DNA from: an uncultured Gammaproteobacteria bacterium
GTDB lineage: Bacteria; Patescibacteriota; Microgenomatia; UBA8517
Length of the DNA: 64,000 nucleotides
Direction of reading: 5' to 3'
NCBI GenBank assembly: GCA_964617045.1
Contig: CAZTVZ010000002.1
Location: 12,095 to 76,094 of the forward strand
Positions 55,220 to 64,000 of the stretch are shown here, piece after piece. A model generated the notes under the pieces. The model did not search any database and was not told where the DNA came from. It saw only the letters and a list, made by a program, of their open reading frames with translations. Positions within the stretch are counted from its first letter, which is position 1; every line of letters starts with the position of its first letter. The position numbers and the translations under genes were made by a program.

Positions 55220-56092
55220 ATGGCCGAAAAATTGACTAACCCCGAGCAGAGGGAAAGAGACTTCAATAAAATGCTCGTTGCCGAATATTTGAAATACGGT
55301 TCTGTCGACGAAGTCTATCGAAGACACGATTACAATCTCCCCATATCTTATCCCGGATATCAGAGACTTTTGGACAGATGGGGGATAGTCAAATCAGCCG
55401 GTCCAAACAGTACTCTTTCGGAAGCTATTACTTTCATGACAATGCTTTCGGATCACAAAATGCCCCTGGAAACTGTTTACAGGAAACTACCCCCGAGCTT
55501 TAAAACATCTATGGCAACCATGCATAGAATTCTTCACAACATTAAAGAGGGTGCAACAAGAAGGTTTGGAACCGCAGTTGTTGTTACAAGAGAGGGTGAA
55601 GATGAAAAAATGCTTGTCGGAGAAGATATTTCAACTCCGAGATTGGAATACGGAAAACCTTATGGCTCAGTGTCTTTACCTATGACATTTTCAAAGATGA
55701 GTGAAACTCCCAAGGAATCGGTAAAAAGAGTATTGCAGCAGGAAGTGTTTACAAAAGAAACAATTGAAAATGTATTTCCGGAAAATATTATCCCAAACGA
55801 TATTAAACCATTTATGTATTTTGACATTGCCGACATCAATGTCGCCGTATTTCATTTGGTATTGCCTAAGAAAACGTTAGTTAAGAATTTTAGTAGTTTC
55901 AAATTGCACGACTATCGTTTTGCCGATATTTCAGAATTTATGGGAAGTGAAAGAAAAGCGCATGTCAGATCAGGTATGAGAGATATCGCAGAAGGGTACA
56001 AAAAATTTATTGAAGGCTCAACTGTAGAGGCGAAAGTATCAAATCTTAACGTGAGGTTGTCTCAATTGGCTCCGGAATACTTACATTATTAG
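55220..56092 (+). CDS. Hypothetical protein: N-terminal helical region + degenerate Nudix-like domain
   Basis: SLPM....ETPKESVKRVLQQEV resembles a Nudix box lacking the Gly residues; TGCTATAAT promoter. Confidence 0.6.
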   Translation: MAEKLTNPEQRERDFNKMLVAEYLKYGSVDEVYRRHDYNLPISYPGYQRLLDRWGIVKSAGPNSTLSEAITFMTMLSDHKMPLETVYRKLPPSFKTSMATMHRILHNIKEGATRRFGTAVVVTREGEDEKMLVGEDISTPRLEYGKPYGSVSLPMTFSKMSETPKESVKRVLQQEVFTKETIENVFPENIIPNDIKPFMYFDIADINVAVFHLVLPKKTLVKNFSSFKLHDYRFADISEFMGSERKAHVRSGMRDIAEGYKKFIEGSTVEAKVSNLNVRLSQLAPEYLHY

Positions 56093-56288
56093 ATTTGTTT
56101 TCAAAAATTACTCCATGTTGTTCTGCTAATTCCACAACGTTCACAGGTTTGGTTACGGTTCGAATATCCGCTTTGCAATTCTCGCATATACCTCTTGGAG
56201 GAAGGGAGATCTCTCCACATCCGTTACAAACACTACCTTCCAGGCGAAGAAGCGAATGTTTCATTCTCCAAAATCTAGGAACTTCCAT
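56046..56288 (-). CDS. DUF35 N-terminal Zn-ribbon protein (no OB-fold)
   Basis: VPRFWR..LRLEGSVCNGCG..PPRGICENC. Confidence 0.8.
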   Translation of the reverse strand: MEVPRFWRMKHSLLRLEGSVCNGCGEISLPPRGICENCKADIRTVTKPVNVVELAEQHGVIFENKSNNVSIPEPIETTSR

Positions 56289-56384
56289 CTTAAATGAGAT
56301 TATAAGCGGTTAAATCTATCAAACACTATCAACTTGGTGTATGCACTTGTGGAAGAATAGCTTCAAATTTGCTAGACTTCAGAT

Positions 56385-57095
56385 ATGGCTAAGTACCTAA
56401 TAGATAAACTGTCGGTTTTCTTTCCCGCCTACAACGAAGAAATTAATATAAGAAGTACCGTTACAAAAGCCGTAAACGTTTTGAATAAAACCGCTAAAAC
56501 TTGGGAAATTATTATTGTTAACGACGGATCGAAAGACAAGACGGGTGAAATATCAGACTCTATGGCCAAAAAAGACAAGAGAATAAGGGTAATTCACCAC
56601 AACCCCAACAGGGGGTACGGAGCAGCCTTAAAAAGCGGTTTATATGGTTCCAGATATCCTTGGATTGTGTTTACAGACTCTGACGGACAGTTTGATTTTG
56701 CTCAACTTCCAAACTTTATTAACACACAAAAAGAAACAGGAGCAGATCTTGTAATCGGATACTATCTTGAAAGAAAAGTACCCTTCAACAGGAAACTAAA
56801 TACTTTTTTGTGGCAAACGGTTGTAAATATTCTTTTTGGACTACATGTAAAAGATATTGATTGCGGATTTAAATTAATCAGTAAAAAGGTGTTGGACAAG
56901 ATTCCAAAACTTGAATCCGAAAGAGGAGCTTTTATTTCCAGCGAGTTTTTAATAAAGGCCAAAAAGATGAAATTTAAGATTGTGGAAATTGGCGCAAAAC
57001 ATTTTCCGGCCAAAAAACCGGGTACGGGTGCCCATCTGAATGTAATAATCAAAAGCTTCATTGATCTTTTCAGATTATGGAAAAAATTAAGGTAA
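56385..57095 (+). CDS. GT2 glycosyltransferase (DPM1-like)
   Basis: FPAYNEE, NDGSKD.T, NRGYGAAL, TDSDGQF and DIDCGFK motifs. Confidence 0.92.
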   Translation: MAKYLIDKLSVFFPAYNEEINIRSTVTKAVNVLNKTAKTWEIIIVNDGSKDKTGEISDSMAKKDKRIRVIHHNPNRGYGAALKSGLYGSRYPWIVFTDSDGQFDFAQLPNFINTQKETGADLVIGYYLERKVPFNRKLNTFLWQTVVNILFGLHVKDIDCGFKLISKKVLDKIPKLESERGAFISSEFLIKAKKMKFKIVEIGAKHFPAKKPGTGAHLNVIIKSFIDLFRLWKKLR

Positions 57096-58588
57096 AGATT
57101 AGGGGTTTTTTAAAAAACAACACAAAAGAAATAATCGTCGTTGGTATTATTCTTCTTTTGGCTGCATTCTTGAGGTTATATCGTATTTCCGAATATATGC
57201 AATTTATGGGCGACGAAGGCAGGGATATGATTGTTGTCAGAAATCTCCTTGTAAACAAAGACCTTATCCTTATAGGGCCGGGCACATCGGTGGGCAATAT
57301 GTACTTGGGGCCATTATACTATTATCTTATTGCACCGGCACTTCTTCTGTTCGATTTTGAACCGGTTGGGCCGGCAATAATGGTTGCGCTATTGGGGGTT
57401 GGAACTGTGCTTTTAACATACTTACTTACCAAAAAGTGGTTTGGTATTAGAGCTGGTGTTATTGCGGCTTTTTTCAGTGCAATATCGTATCTCTTTATCA
57501 AATACTCGATATTTTCCTGGAATCCGAACGTTCTTCCTTTTTTCTCGATTCTTTCGGTGTTTCTGCTAAGTGAAATAAAAGAAAAGAAAAGTTGGCTGAT
57601 TATTCCATCGCTTGCTTCTTTTGCTTTTGTTCTGCAGTCCCATTACATGGGGATATTTTTATTTCCGGTTCTTCTGACTATATGGATTTATAAACTCAAA
57701 AACGACAAAGCTGTTAAAAGATACCTTGTAAATACTTTATTGGGGGTATTGTTGTTCTTACTCTTGATGTCACCGCTTCTTATTTTCGACCTGAGACACG
57801 GAATGATGAATTACAACGCGCTTATGGTTTATCTTAATGGGCTTGGAGGTTCCAGGACTTATTCAACGGTTACTTTATTCGATAGGGTTTTATCCAATTT
57901 TCGGTTTATGGTCGGAGAAGTTGTTGGTTCAAAGTTTGACACAATTATTACCGGCGGTTATTCGTTCCTCCTTGTGATAGGAATGATTTACCTTTCTTTC
58001 TATCACAAAAACAAATACGCAGTGTTGACGACAATAATTTGGTTTGTTATTGCGGTGTTGGGGCTAACTATCTACGGTGGAAGAATAATATCCCACTACT
58101 ATGGTTATGCCTTTGCAGTTATTCCGATAATCGTAGGTGCTGTTGTGGGCGATTTAATGAAAAGAAAATATTTGGGTATTATCTTCGCTTTTCTTCTAAT
58201 GTCCCCGGTTATTTATTTTGCTGTGATTAATTCCAATTTAAATTGGAAACCAAATCGGCTCGTACAAAAAGCCGAAGCGGTTGCGGATAAAATAATTGAG
58301 GAATCCGAAGGAAAAGAGTTAAACCTTGCGGTATTGTCCAATTTTAATTATGAAGATGGATACCAATATTTTGTTGAGAAGAAAGGATACGTTGCAAAAG
58401 ACATTGATCCTTCGAAATTCAACGAGACTGTAACGGATCAGCTGTTTGTTGTTTGTGAGCTGGAGGAAGAAAATTGCAAACCTACAAGCAATCCCAATAC
58501 TCAAATTGCCAATTTCGGCTGGAGTAAAATTGTCGGTAAATGGCAAATTGAAAACGTTATTTTATATAAATTAACCCATATACAATGA
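57077..58588 (+). CDS. GT-C fold glycosyltransferase (GT39/GT83, ArnT/PMT-like)
   Basis: LRLY..GDEGRD, GPLYYY, WNPN, Q.H and FDLRH motifs; multiple TM helices. Confidence 0.85.
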   Translation: MEKIKVKIRGFLKNNTKEIIVVGIILLLAAFLRLYRISEYMQFMGDEGRDMIVVRNLLVNKDLILIGPGTSVGNMYLGPLYYYLIAPALLLFDFEPVGPAIMVALLGVGTVLLTYLLTKKWFGIRAGVIAAFFSAISYLFIKYSIFSWNPNVLPFFSILSVFLLSEIKEKKSWLIIPSLASFAFVLQSHYMGIFLFPVLLTIWIYKLKNDKAVKRYLVNTLLGVLLFLLLMSPLLIFDLRHGMMNYNALMVYLNGLGGSRTYSTVTLFDRVLSNFRFMVGEVVGSKFDTIITGGYSFLLVIGMIYLSFYHKNKYAVLTTIIWFVIAVLGLTIYGGRIISHYYGYAFAVIPIIVGAVVGDLMKRKYLGIIFAFLLMSPVIYFAVINSNLNWKPNRLVQKAEAVADKIIEESEGKELNLAVLSNFNYEDGYQYFVEKKGYVAKDIDPSKFNETVTDQLFVVCELEEENCKPTSNPNTQIANFGWSKIVGKWQIENVILYKLTHIQ

Positions 58589-60063
58589 AAAAACTGTTTA
58601 CACCGCTTAATATGCTTCTTTTTTCTATTTTGGTTATTGCTCTGGTTTTAAGGATTAATCACACGGAAAGAATTCTCGGTTTTTGGTATGACCAAGGAAG
58701 AGATGCTCAAGTAGTTTGGGATTTTATACACAAAGGAAAGTTTTTCTTGATTGGACCTACAACCGGTATTGAAGGTATTTTTAGAGGCCCCTGGTACTAT
58801 TGGCTAATTACACCCTTTTATTTTTTGTCCAAAGGAAACCCTGTTCTTCCGGCAATGTTTCTTGCCTCAACAACCGTTTTGGGAATATATTTTCTTTATA
58901 AAATCGGTGAAAGATTGGGAGGAGTAAAAACAGGGATATTTGCATCGGTACTTGCCACGTTGTCTTTCTACCTTGTTTCGGCATCAAGATGGTTAAGTAA
59001 TCCCACACCGATGTTCCTCATCAGCACTTTAACGGTTTGGTTTTTGCTAAGGTTTATTGACGGGAAGAAGTTTTCTCTTATTTGGGTGGGTCTATTAACG
59101 GGACTTGCAATTCAGTTCGGTTCGGCAGCTGAGGTTTTTTATATCCCTTCAATTTTTATTCTTTTACTTATTTACAAAAAGAAAATTAAAAATATTGGCA
59201 AATTGATACTACCGGCGATGATGTTTGTTCTCATTTTTATTCCACAGCTGTGGTTCAATTTCCGACACGATGGTGTATTTTTGGCGGCATTAAATAAATT
59301 TTTGGTTGAAGAGCAAAGTTTTAAATTATCTTTTTGGCAAATGATACAGGTAAGATTTCCTTTTTATCTCGACATGATTTCCTCAAAATTCTGGTTAAAC
59401 GATGTTAAGGCGTTTACTCCGTTTGTCGGTGCCGTAATTGCGGCAATGATTATGTATTGGAAAGAAATGTGGAAGAAAGACGAATTTAAGATTATTTTTA
59501 TTTTTACACTGACACCTTTTTTGGGAATGCTGTTTTTCCAAGGAAACCACGGAAATGTATATGAATATTATTTTTCGGGTTACTTTTATCTTTGGATTCT
59601 CCTTTTTGCTTATTGTTTGATAATGCTTGCGAGAAGTTTTGTCGGAAAGATTGTATTAATTGTTTTTATGGGGATATTCCTTTTCAAAAACATTCCTTTG
59701 TCTTATGGAATGGCTTTTAGAATGGGAGATGATGGAACCTCCGCAATATACTTGAGCAATCAAAAAAAGATAATCGATTGGATATACGATGATGCTACAG
59801 ATCAACCTTTTAATATCGATGTTTATGTTCCCCCTGTAATACCGCATGCATACAACTATCTCTTTGAATGGTATGGTGGGACTGTTAAGGAGAGACAGCC
59901 GAATAAAGAATTGGTGGATACTTTGTACACGATATATGAACTTGATATTCCCCATCCCGAAAGACTTGATGTTTGGTTAAAACGTCAGGATACGATAGGC
60001 AAGGTTGTTGACGAATACAGATATGGAGGAATAACCGTACAAAAAAGGATTAGAATCCAATGA
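58585..60063 (+). CDS. GT-C fold glycosyltransferase (GT39/GT83)
   Basis: LR..YDQGRD, GPWYYW, WLSNP and FNFRH motifs; multiple TM helices. Confidence 0.85.
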   Translation: MKKLFTPLNMLLFSILVIALVLRINHTERILGFWYDQGRDAQVVWDFIHKGKFFLIGPTTGIEGIFRGPWYYWLITPFYFLSKGNPVLPAMFLASTTVLGIYFLYKIGERLGGVKTGIFASVLATLSFYLVSASRWLSNPTPMFLISTLTVWFLLRFIDGKKFSLIWVGLLTGLAIQFGSAAEVFYIPSIFILLLIYKKKIKNIGKLILPAMMFVLIFIPQLWFNFRHDGVFLAALNKFLVEEQSFKLSFWQMIQVRFPFYLDMISSKFWLNDVKAFTPFVGAVIAAMIMYWKEMWKKDEFKIIFIFTLTPFLGMLFFQGNHGNVYEYYFSGYFYLWILLFAYCLIMLARSFVGKIVLIVFMGIFLFKNIPLSYGMAFRMGDDGTSAIYLSNQKKIIDWIYDDATDQPFNIDVYVPPVIPHAYNYLFEWYGGTVKERQPNKELVDTLYTIYELDIPHPERLDVWLKRQDTIGKVVDEYRYGGITVQKRIRIQ

Positions 60064-61541
60064 TTAATAAAATACTTAAAAGCCCGCTGTTTTATTTGAT
60101 CTTGATAGTTATCATTGCAACAGGATTGAGATTGTTCAGACTTTCCGATTATTTTTACTATGCACACGATAACGATTTGGCCGCATGGATGGTGAAGGAC
60201 ATTGTAAAAAATGGACACCTTAGATTAATCGGACAGGAGACCTCAACGGCAGGAATATTTATTGGTCCATTTTTTTACTATCTTATGATTCCGTTCTTTT
60301 TACTTACTAATCTCGATCCGATTGGAATTACTTATTCTGGAATTATTCTTGGTATCGTAACGACACTCAGTTTCTTTTATGTATTTTACTCAACTCACAA
60401 CAAAAAAGTTGCTTTTATTGCAACCATTATCTATGCAACATCGCAATATTTGGTTTTCAACGACAAGGAGATTGTTCCTACGATGTTTGTTTATCTTTGG
60501 ACTGTTTGGTATTACTTCGCTATAAAAAAGCTATTGGATGGAAAAAAGATTGGTTATATTGTTTCGGGTATACTAATCAGTTTTATTTGGCATATAAATT
60601 TTGCTCTTGTGCTTCTTCTTCCTTTAATCCCCGTTGCAATCCTAATGTCAGGAAAGAAATTGAATTATAGATATATTCTTTATGGATTATTGGCAATTAT
60701 TCCCATGTCCATTCCGTTATTACTGTTTGAATTTAGACATGGATTCATGCAGATAAACGCTTTAATTACCTCGCTTACAACAACTCAAAGCCAAGTATTC
60801 ACGCTTTCGGAAAGATTCAATAGAGTATTGGAGTTATCCGGGAAAAACTTAAAAAGCCTTCTTCTCCCGGGAATATTCGAAGGGGCAAGTATGTATGCAA
60901 CGATAGTTGGGGTTATAGTACTTTTCCTGGCAATATATAAAAAAATAATGGATAAAAAAACCGGAATATTAATTTTCTCCTGGATACTTTTATATATGCT
61001 TTTCTTTACTTTTTATTCAAAGATATTATCTGAATATTATTTAAACGGAATGATTGTTGCCTGGATTGTTGTTTTTTCTATTCTTATCGGAAGACTTTTT
61101 GAAATGAATAACAAGACAAAAATTTTGGGTGCTCTTTTAATGTTTATGGTTGTTGAATCAAACTTGGAGGCAATATATTTGATGCCAATAAATAAAAGCG
61201 GATATTTACACAGAAAAGAAATTGTCAGATTAATAGACGAGGACAGGCAAAAACAGGATTATCCTTGTGTATCGGTTTCTTATATCACTGAGGTCGGCAA
61301 TGATTTGGGATATCGATTCTTTTTTTATCTGAGAGATATGCATGTCGGTAAACCGGCCGGTGGTGCACCCGTTTATTCAATTGTTTATCCTTTATCAATG
61401 GTAGACAAAGTAGACTTGGAGGTCGGTGCTTTGGGTCTCATTTATCCTGACTATAAAAAATACAGTAAAGCCGAAATCGAAAAAGTGTGTTCAGGTGAAA
61501 ATCCCAACTTATTTGAGCCGATGTTCGGGTATACTGAATAG
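60060..61541 (+). CDS. GT-C fold glycosyltransferase (GT39/GT83)
   Basis: LRLF..HDND, IGPFFYY and FEFRH motifs; multiple TM helices. Confidence 0.85.
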   Translation: MINKILKSPLFYLILIVIIATGLRLFRLSDYFYYAHDNDLAAWMVKDIVKNGHLRLIGQETSTAGIFIGPFFYYLMIPFFLLTNLDPIGITYSGIILGIVTTLSFFYVFYSTHNKKVAFIATIIYATSQYLVFNDKEIVPTMFVYLWTVWYYFAIKKLLDGKKIGYIVSGILISFIWHINFALVLLLPLIPVAILMSGKKLNYRYILYGLLAIIPMSIPLLLFEFRHGFMQINALITSLTTTQSQVFTLSERFNRVLELSGKNLKSLLLPGIFEGASMYATIVGVIVLFLAIYKKIMDKKTGILIFSWILLYMLFFTFYSKILSEYYLNGMIVAWIVVFSILIGRLFEMNNKTKILGALLMFMVVESNLEAIYLMPINKSGYLHRKEIVRLIDEDRQKQDYPCVSVSYITEVGNDLGYRFFFYLRDMHVGKPAGGAPVYSIVYPLSMVDKVDLEVGALGLIYPDYKKYSKAEIEKVCSGENPNLFEPMFGYTE

Positions 61542-61545
61542 ACAT

Positions 61546-62298
61546 ATGTTTTTAACCGTAATTATTCCTTGTTATAACGAATCAGCCAATCTGAAAAGAG
61601 GGGTTTTGAGAGATGTTTATAAATATCTCTCCGGAAAGATGTTTTCTTGGGAGGTACTTGTTTCGGACGACGGATCGACCGACGACAGCAAGGATGTAAT
61701 CAAAAAAGAAATTGCAAAACTGCGAGGTTTTAAACTTCTTGAAAATCCACACGGAGGAAAACCGTCGGCCCTTCTCTATGGAATCCGTGCTGCGAAAGGG
61801 GATTATATATTGTTTACAGACATGGACCAATCAACACCAATCACGGAATTGGAAAAGTTAATTCCTTTTGTTAAAGATAACGATGTGGTAATCGGTTCGA
61901 GAGGAATGAAGAGGGAAAATTTTCCTCTTTACAGAAAAATGGGTGCGGCGGTGTTTATGAGCATCAGAAGAGCTCTTATTCTTCCCGAAATAAAAGATAC
62001 GCAATGCGGATTTAAATTGTTTGAAGCAAATGCTCTTAAAAAAGCATTTCCAAAGTTGGAGTTTTTTCAAAAGAATGAAAAAGTTGTCGGATGGAAGGTT
62101 ACTTCGTTTGATGTCGAATTATTGCAAATCTTGAAAATGATGCGCAAGAAAATAAAAGAAATTACCGTTACCTGGATCGACGAAGACACAAGTAGTAGTA
62201 AAGGTGGAGGATTATCGAGATATGTTAAAGAATCCAAAGAAATGCTTTTACAAATATTGAGGGTAAAAATTAACGAACTCCGCGGCGTATACAAATGA
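61546..62298 (+). CDS. GT2 glycosyltransferase (dolichyl-phosphate glucosyltransferase-like)
   Basis: IPCYNE, DDGSTD, GK, FTDMDQST, DTQCGFK and FDVELL motifs. Confidence 0.9.
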   Translation: MFLTVIIPCYNESANLKRGVLRDVYKYLSGKMFSWEVLVSDDGSTDDSKDVIKKEIAKLRGFKLLENPHGGKPSALLYGIRAAKGDYILFTDMDQSTPITELEKLIPFVKDNDVVIGSRGMKRENFPLYRKMGAAVFMSIRRALILPEIKDTQCGFKLFEANALKKAFPKLEFFQKNEKVVGWKVTSFDVELLQILKMMRKKIKEITVTWIDEDTSSSKGGGLSRYVKESKEMLLQILRVKINELRGVYK

Positions 62299-63818
62299 AA
62301 CAATTTTTGAAAGACAAAAAGGCAATGCTTATTCTTGGTGTTTTGTTAGTGTTGGGAATTATTTTCAGGTTTGTAAATTTGACACAGGTTCCGGTATTTG
62401 CCGATGAAGCGATATATTTAAGATGGGCTCAAATAATGAGAGCCGAAGAGACATTGAGATTTCTTCCGCTTTCCGATGGAAAACAACCCCTCTATATGTG
62501 GACAGTCATTCCCTTTTTTAAATTTATTTCCGATCCTCTTGTTGCAGGAAGAATTCTTTCTATTCTTACGGGGCTTGCAACGGGAATTTTTATATATCTT
62601 TCTTCCCGTCTTCTTTTTGAAAACAAAAAAGTTGCAATATTAGCATTTGCCATTTCGATGTTGTCACCATTTTTAATATTCTTCAACAAACTTGCTCTTG
62701 TTGATTCAATGCTAGCAATGTTTGGGGTAATGACTTTTTTCTTTACTTTACTTACGGCAAAAACAAGAAGGAATGATTGGGCGATAGTTGCAGGTGCATG
62801 TTTAGGTGCCGCATATCTCACCAAATCACCGGCATTGTTTTTTGCTTTAGGAATCCCTTTTTCTCTTCTTCTGTTTTCTTATAAAGGAAAAGGGTTTAAG
62901 GGAATATTAAATGCAATATTTTTGATTGCCTTGATTGAAATAATCGGTTACGCAATTAGTAATATATTAAGACTTGGCCCAAATTTTCATTTAATCAAAA
63001 TGAGAAATATGGATTATGTTTATCCGATTAACCACATACTCGAAAGTCCGTTTTCTCCTTTTGTTTCTCATTTTAAAGCATCATTCGAATATCTATGGAT
63101 AATGGGACCGTCTGCGTTATTAGGTTTATTCTTTTTGGGGATCTTCACAAATCTCAGAAAATATTGGAGGGAAATAATCTTCACTTTGGCATTTATTGCA
63201 ATTCCACTTATAGCCAACAGTGAATATGCAAAGGTATATACGGCAAGATATATGTTGTACATGGTGCCTTTTATCGCCCTATTGGCGGGAAATGCAATCG
63301 ACTATAAAAACAAAGTATTAAATGTGGTAGTAAATATTTTGATTATTTTATTTATTGGTCATAGTATGTTTATCAATTTGGAAACAATATATGCTGTCGA
63401 AAAAGTGAATCTTCCGAGGGGAGAAAGATCTGGTTATTTTGAAGAATGGACTGCCGGATACGGGATTAAAGAAATATCGGAATTTCTTAAAGAAGAACGT
63501 AAGGATAATCCAAATAAAAAGATAGTAGTCGGAACTGAAGGATATTTTGGAACCCTACCCGACGGACTTCAAATGTATATGAGTGATACTCCTGAAGTAA
63601 TCGTAATCGGTGTCGGATTAGGGATTGATAGAATTCCGAATCCTCTTTTAGAATCATTCAAAAGTGGAAATAGTACTTATCTTGTTGTTAATAATTCCAG
63701 ATTGTTGGGTAACCCGGAGAAGATGGGAATGGAAATTGTGGCGGCTTATCCAAAACAAGTCAGACCTGACGGATCAAGAGAGTCATTGTATCTGCTTAAA
63801 GTGAAAGGAATTAGATAA
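62295..63818 (+). CDS. GT-C fold glycosyltransferase (GT39/GT83)
   Basis: PVFADEAIY..W, DGKQPL..W, AGRILS and LTKS motifs; multiple TM helices. Confidence 0.85.
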   Translation: MKQFLKDKKAMLILGVLLVLGIIFRFVNLTQVPVFADEAIYLRWAQIMRAEETLRFLPLSDGKQPLYMWTVIPFFKFISDPLVAGRILSILTGLATGIFIYLSSRLLFENKKVAILAFAISMLSPFLIFFNKLALVDSMLAMFGVMTFFFTLLTAKTRRNDWAIVAGACLGAAYLTKSPALFFALGIPFSLLLFSYKGKGFKGILNAIFLIALIEIIGYAISNILRLGPNFHLIKMRNMDYVYPINHILESPFSPFVSHFKASFEYLWIMGPSALLGLFFLGIFTNLRKYWREIIFTLAFIAIPLIANSEYAKVYTARYMLYMVPFIALLAGNAIDYKNKVLNVVVNILIILFIGHSMFINLETIYAVEKVNLPRGERSGYFEEWTAGYGIKEISEFLKEERKDNPNKKIVVGTEGYFGTLPDGLQMYMSDTPEVIVIGVGLGIDRIPNPLLESFKSGNSTYLVVNNSRLLGNPEKMGMEIVAAYPKQVRPDGSRESLYLLKVKGIR

Positions 63819-64000
63819 TGGCTAATGCTCCCGGGGATAACCTGGATCCTACCGACGAGATTAATTTATCAACCGTTAAAGAAAGGGCGGTCAAAGGTGT
63901 TGTTGTCTTAACCGGTAGAACATTTTTTCTTAGTATTATTTCGCTTGTTGCCACCGGTCTTCTTACAGTATTTTTGGATCCTAGCGAATTCGGTATTTTT
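63818..64000 (+). CDS. Oligosaccharide flippase (Wzx/MOP family), 3'-truncated by window edge
   Basis: MANAPG..VKERAVKGVVVLTGRTFFLSII..LTVFLDPSEFGIF is typical of Wzx N-termini. Confidence 0.8.
   Translation, partial: MANAPGDNLDPTDEINLSTVKERAVKGVVVLTGRTFFLSIISLVATGLLTVFLDPSEFGIF

Noticed and set aside
231-63262. Numerous 60-150-aa alternative-frame and antisense ORFs in the ORF track
   Set aside because: They lie within well-supported genes and show no recognisable motifs or start signals.
1-64000. CRISPR array, rRNA, IS transposase or self-splicing intron
   Set aside because: No regularly spaced repeats, rRNA-like tract, transposase motifs or interrupted conserved genes were seen by eye.

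Overview
AT-rich, very compact bacterial chromosome segment. The gene set (class I LysRS, a half-length TsaB, sortase plus many membrane-anchored Thr/Pro-rich surface proteins, no biosynthetic enzymes for amino acids or nucleotides) fits a CPR/Patescibacteria genome, probably Microgenomates; this is an inference. The left ~6.8 kb is the right end of an integrated element: ParB-type DNA methyltransferase, small and large terminase, XRE regulator, Zn-ribbon/OB membrane protein and large serine recombinase, lying next to hsp20 and the 3' end of tRNA-Gln. The rest is host genome: uppP/dgkA/LDT/PAP2, lon, tRNA-Glu, greA, lysK, serS, rarA, secA, FKBP, tgt, prfB, ftsEX, tsaE/galE/tsaB, sortase with an LPATG substrate, three large surface proteins, dTDP-sugar genes, trmD and a GT2/GT-C/flippase glycosylation cluster. 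The most notable non-annotated patterns are (1) a -10 box 5-10 nt before the start codon, without Shine-Dalgarno, at about 20 genes, suggesting pervasive leaderless expression; (2) a recurring 'VLG-[AVIGY]-[ST]' motif in the extracytoplasmic linkers of seven unrelated exported proteins, a candidate sorting, processing or assembly signal; (3) a perfect internal SD plus GTG inside the FKBP gene; (4) a terminator in the greA leader; (5) CIRCE operators at both hsp20 and lon. All product calls come from motif recognition only; no database search was run.
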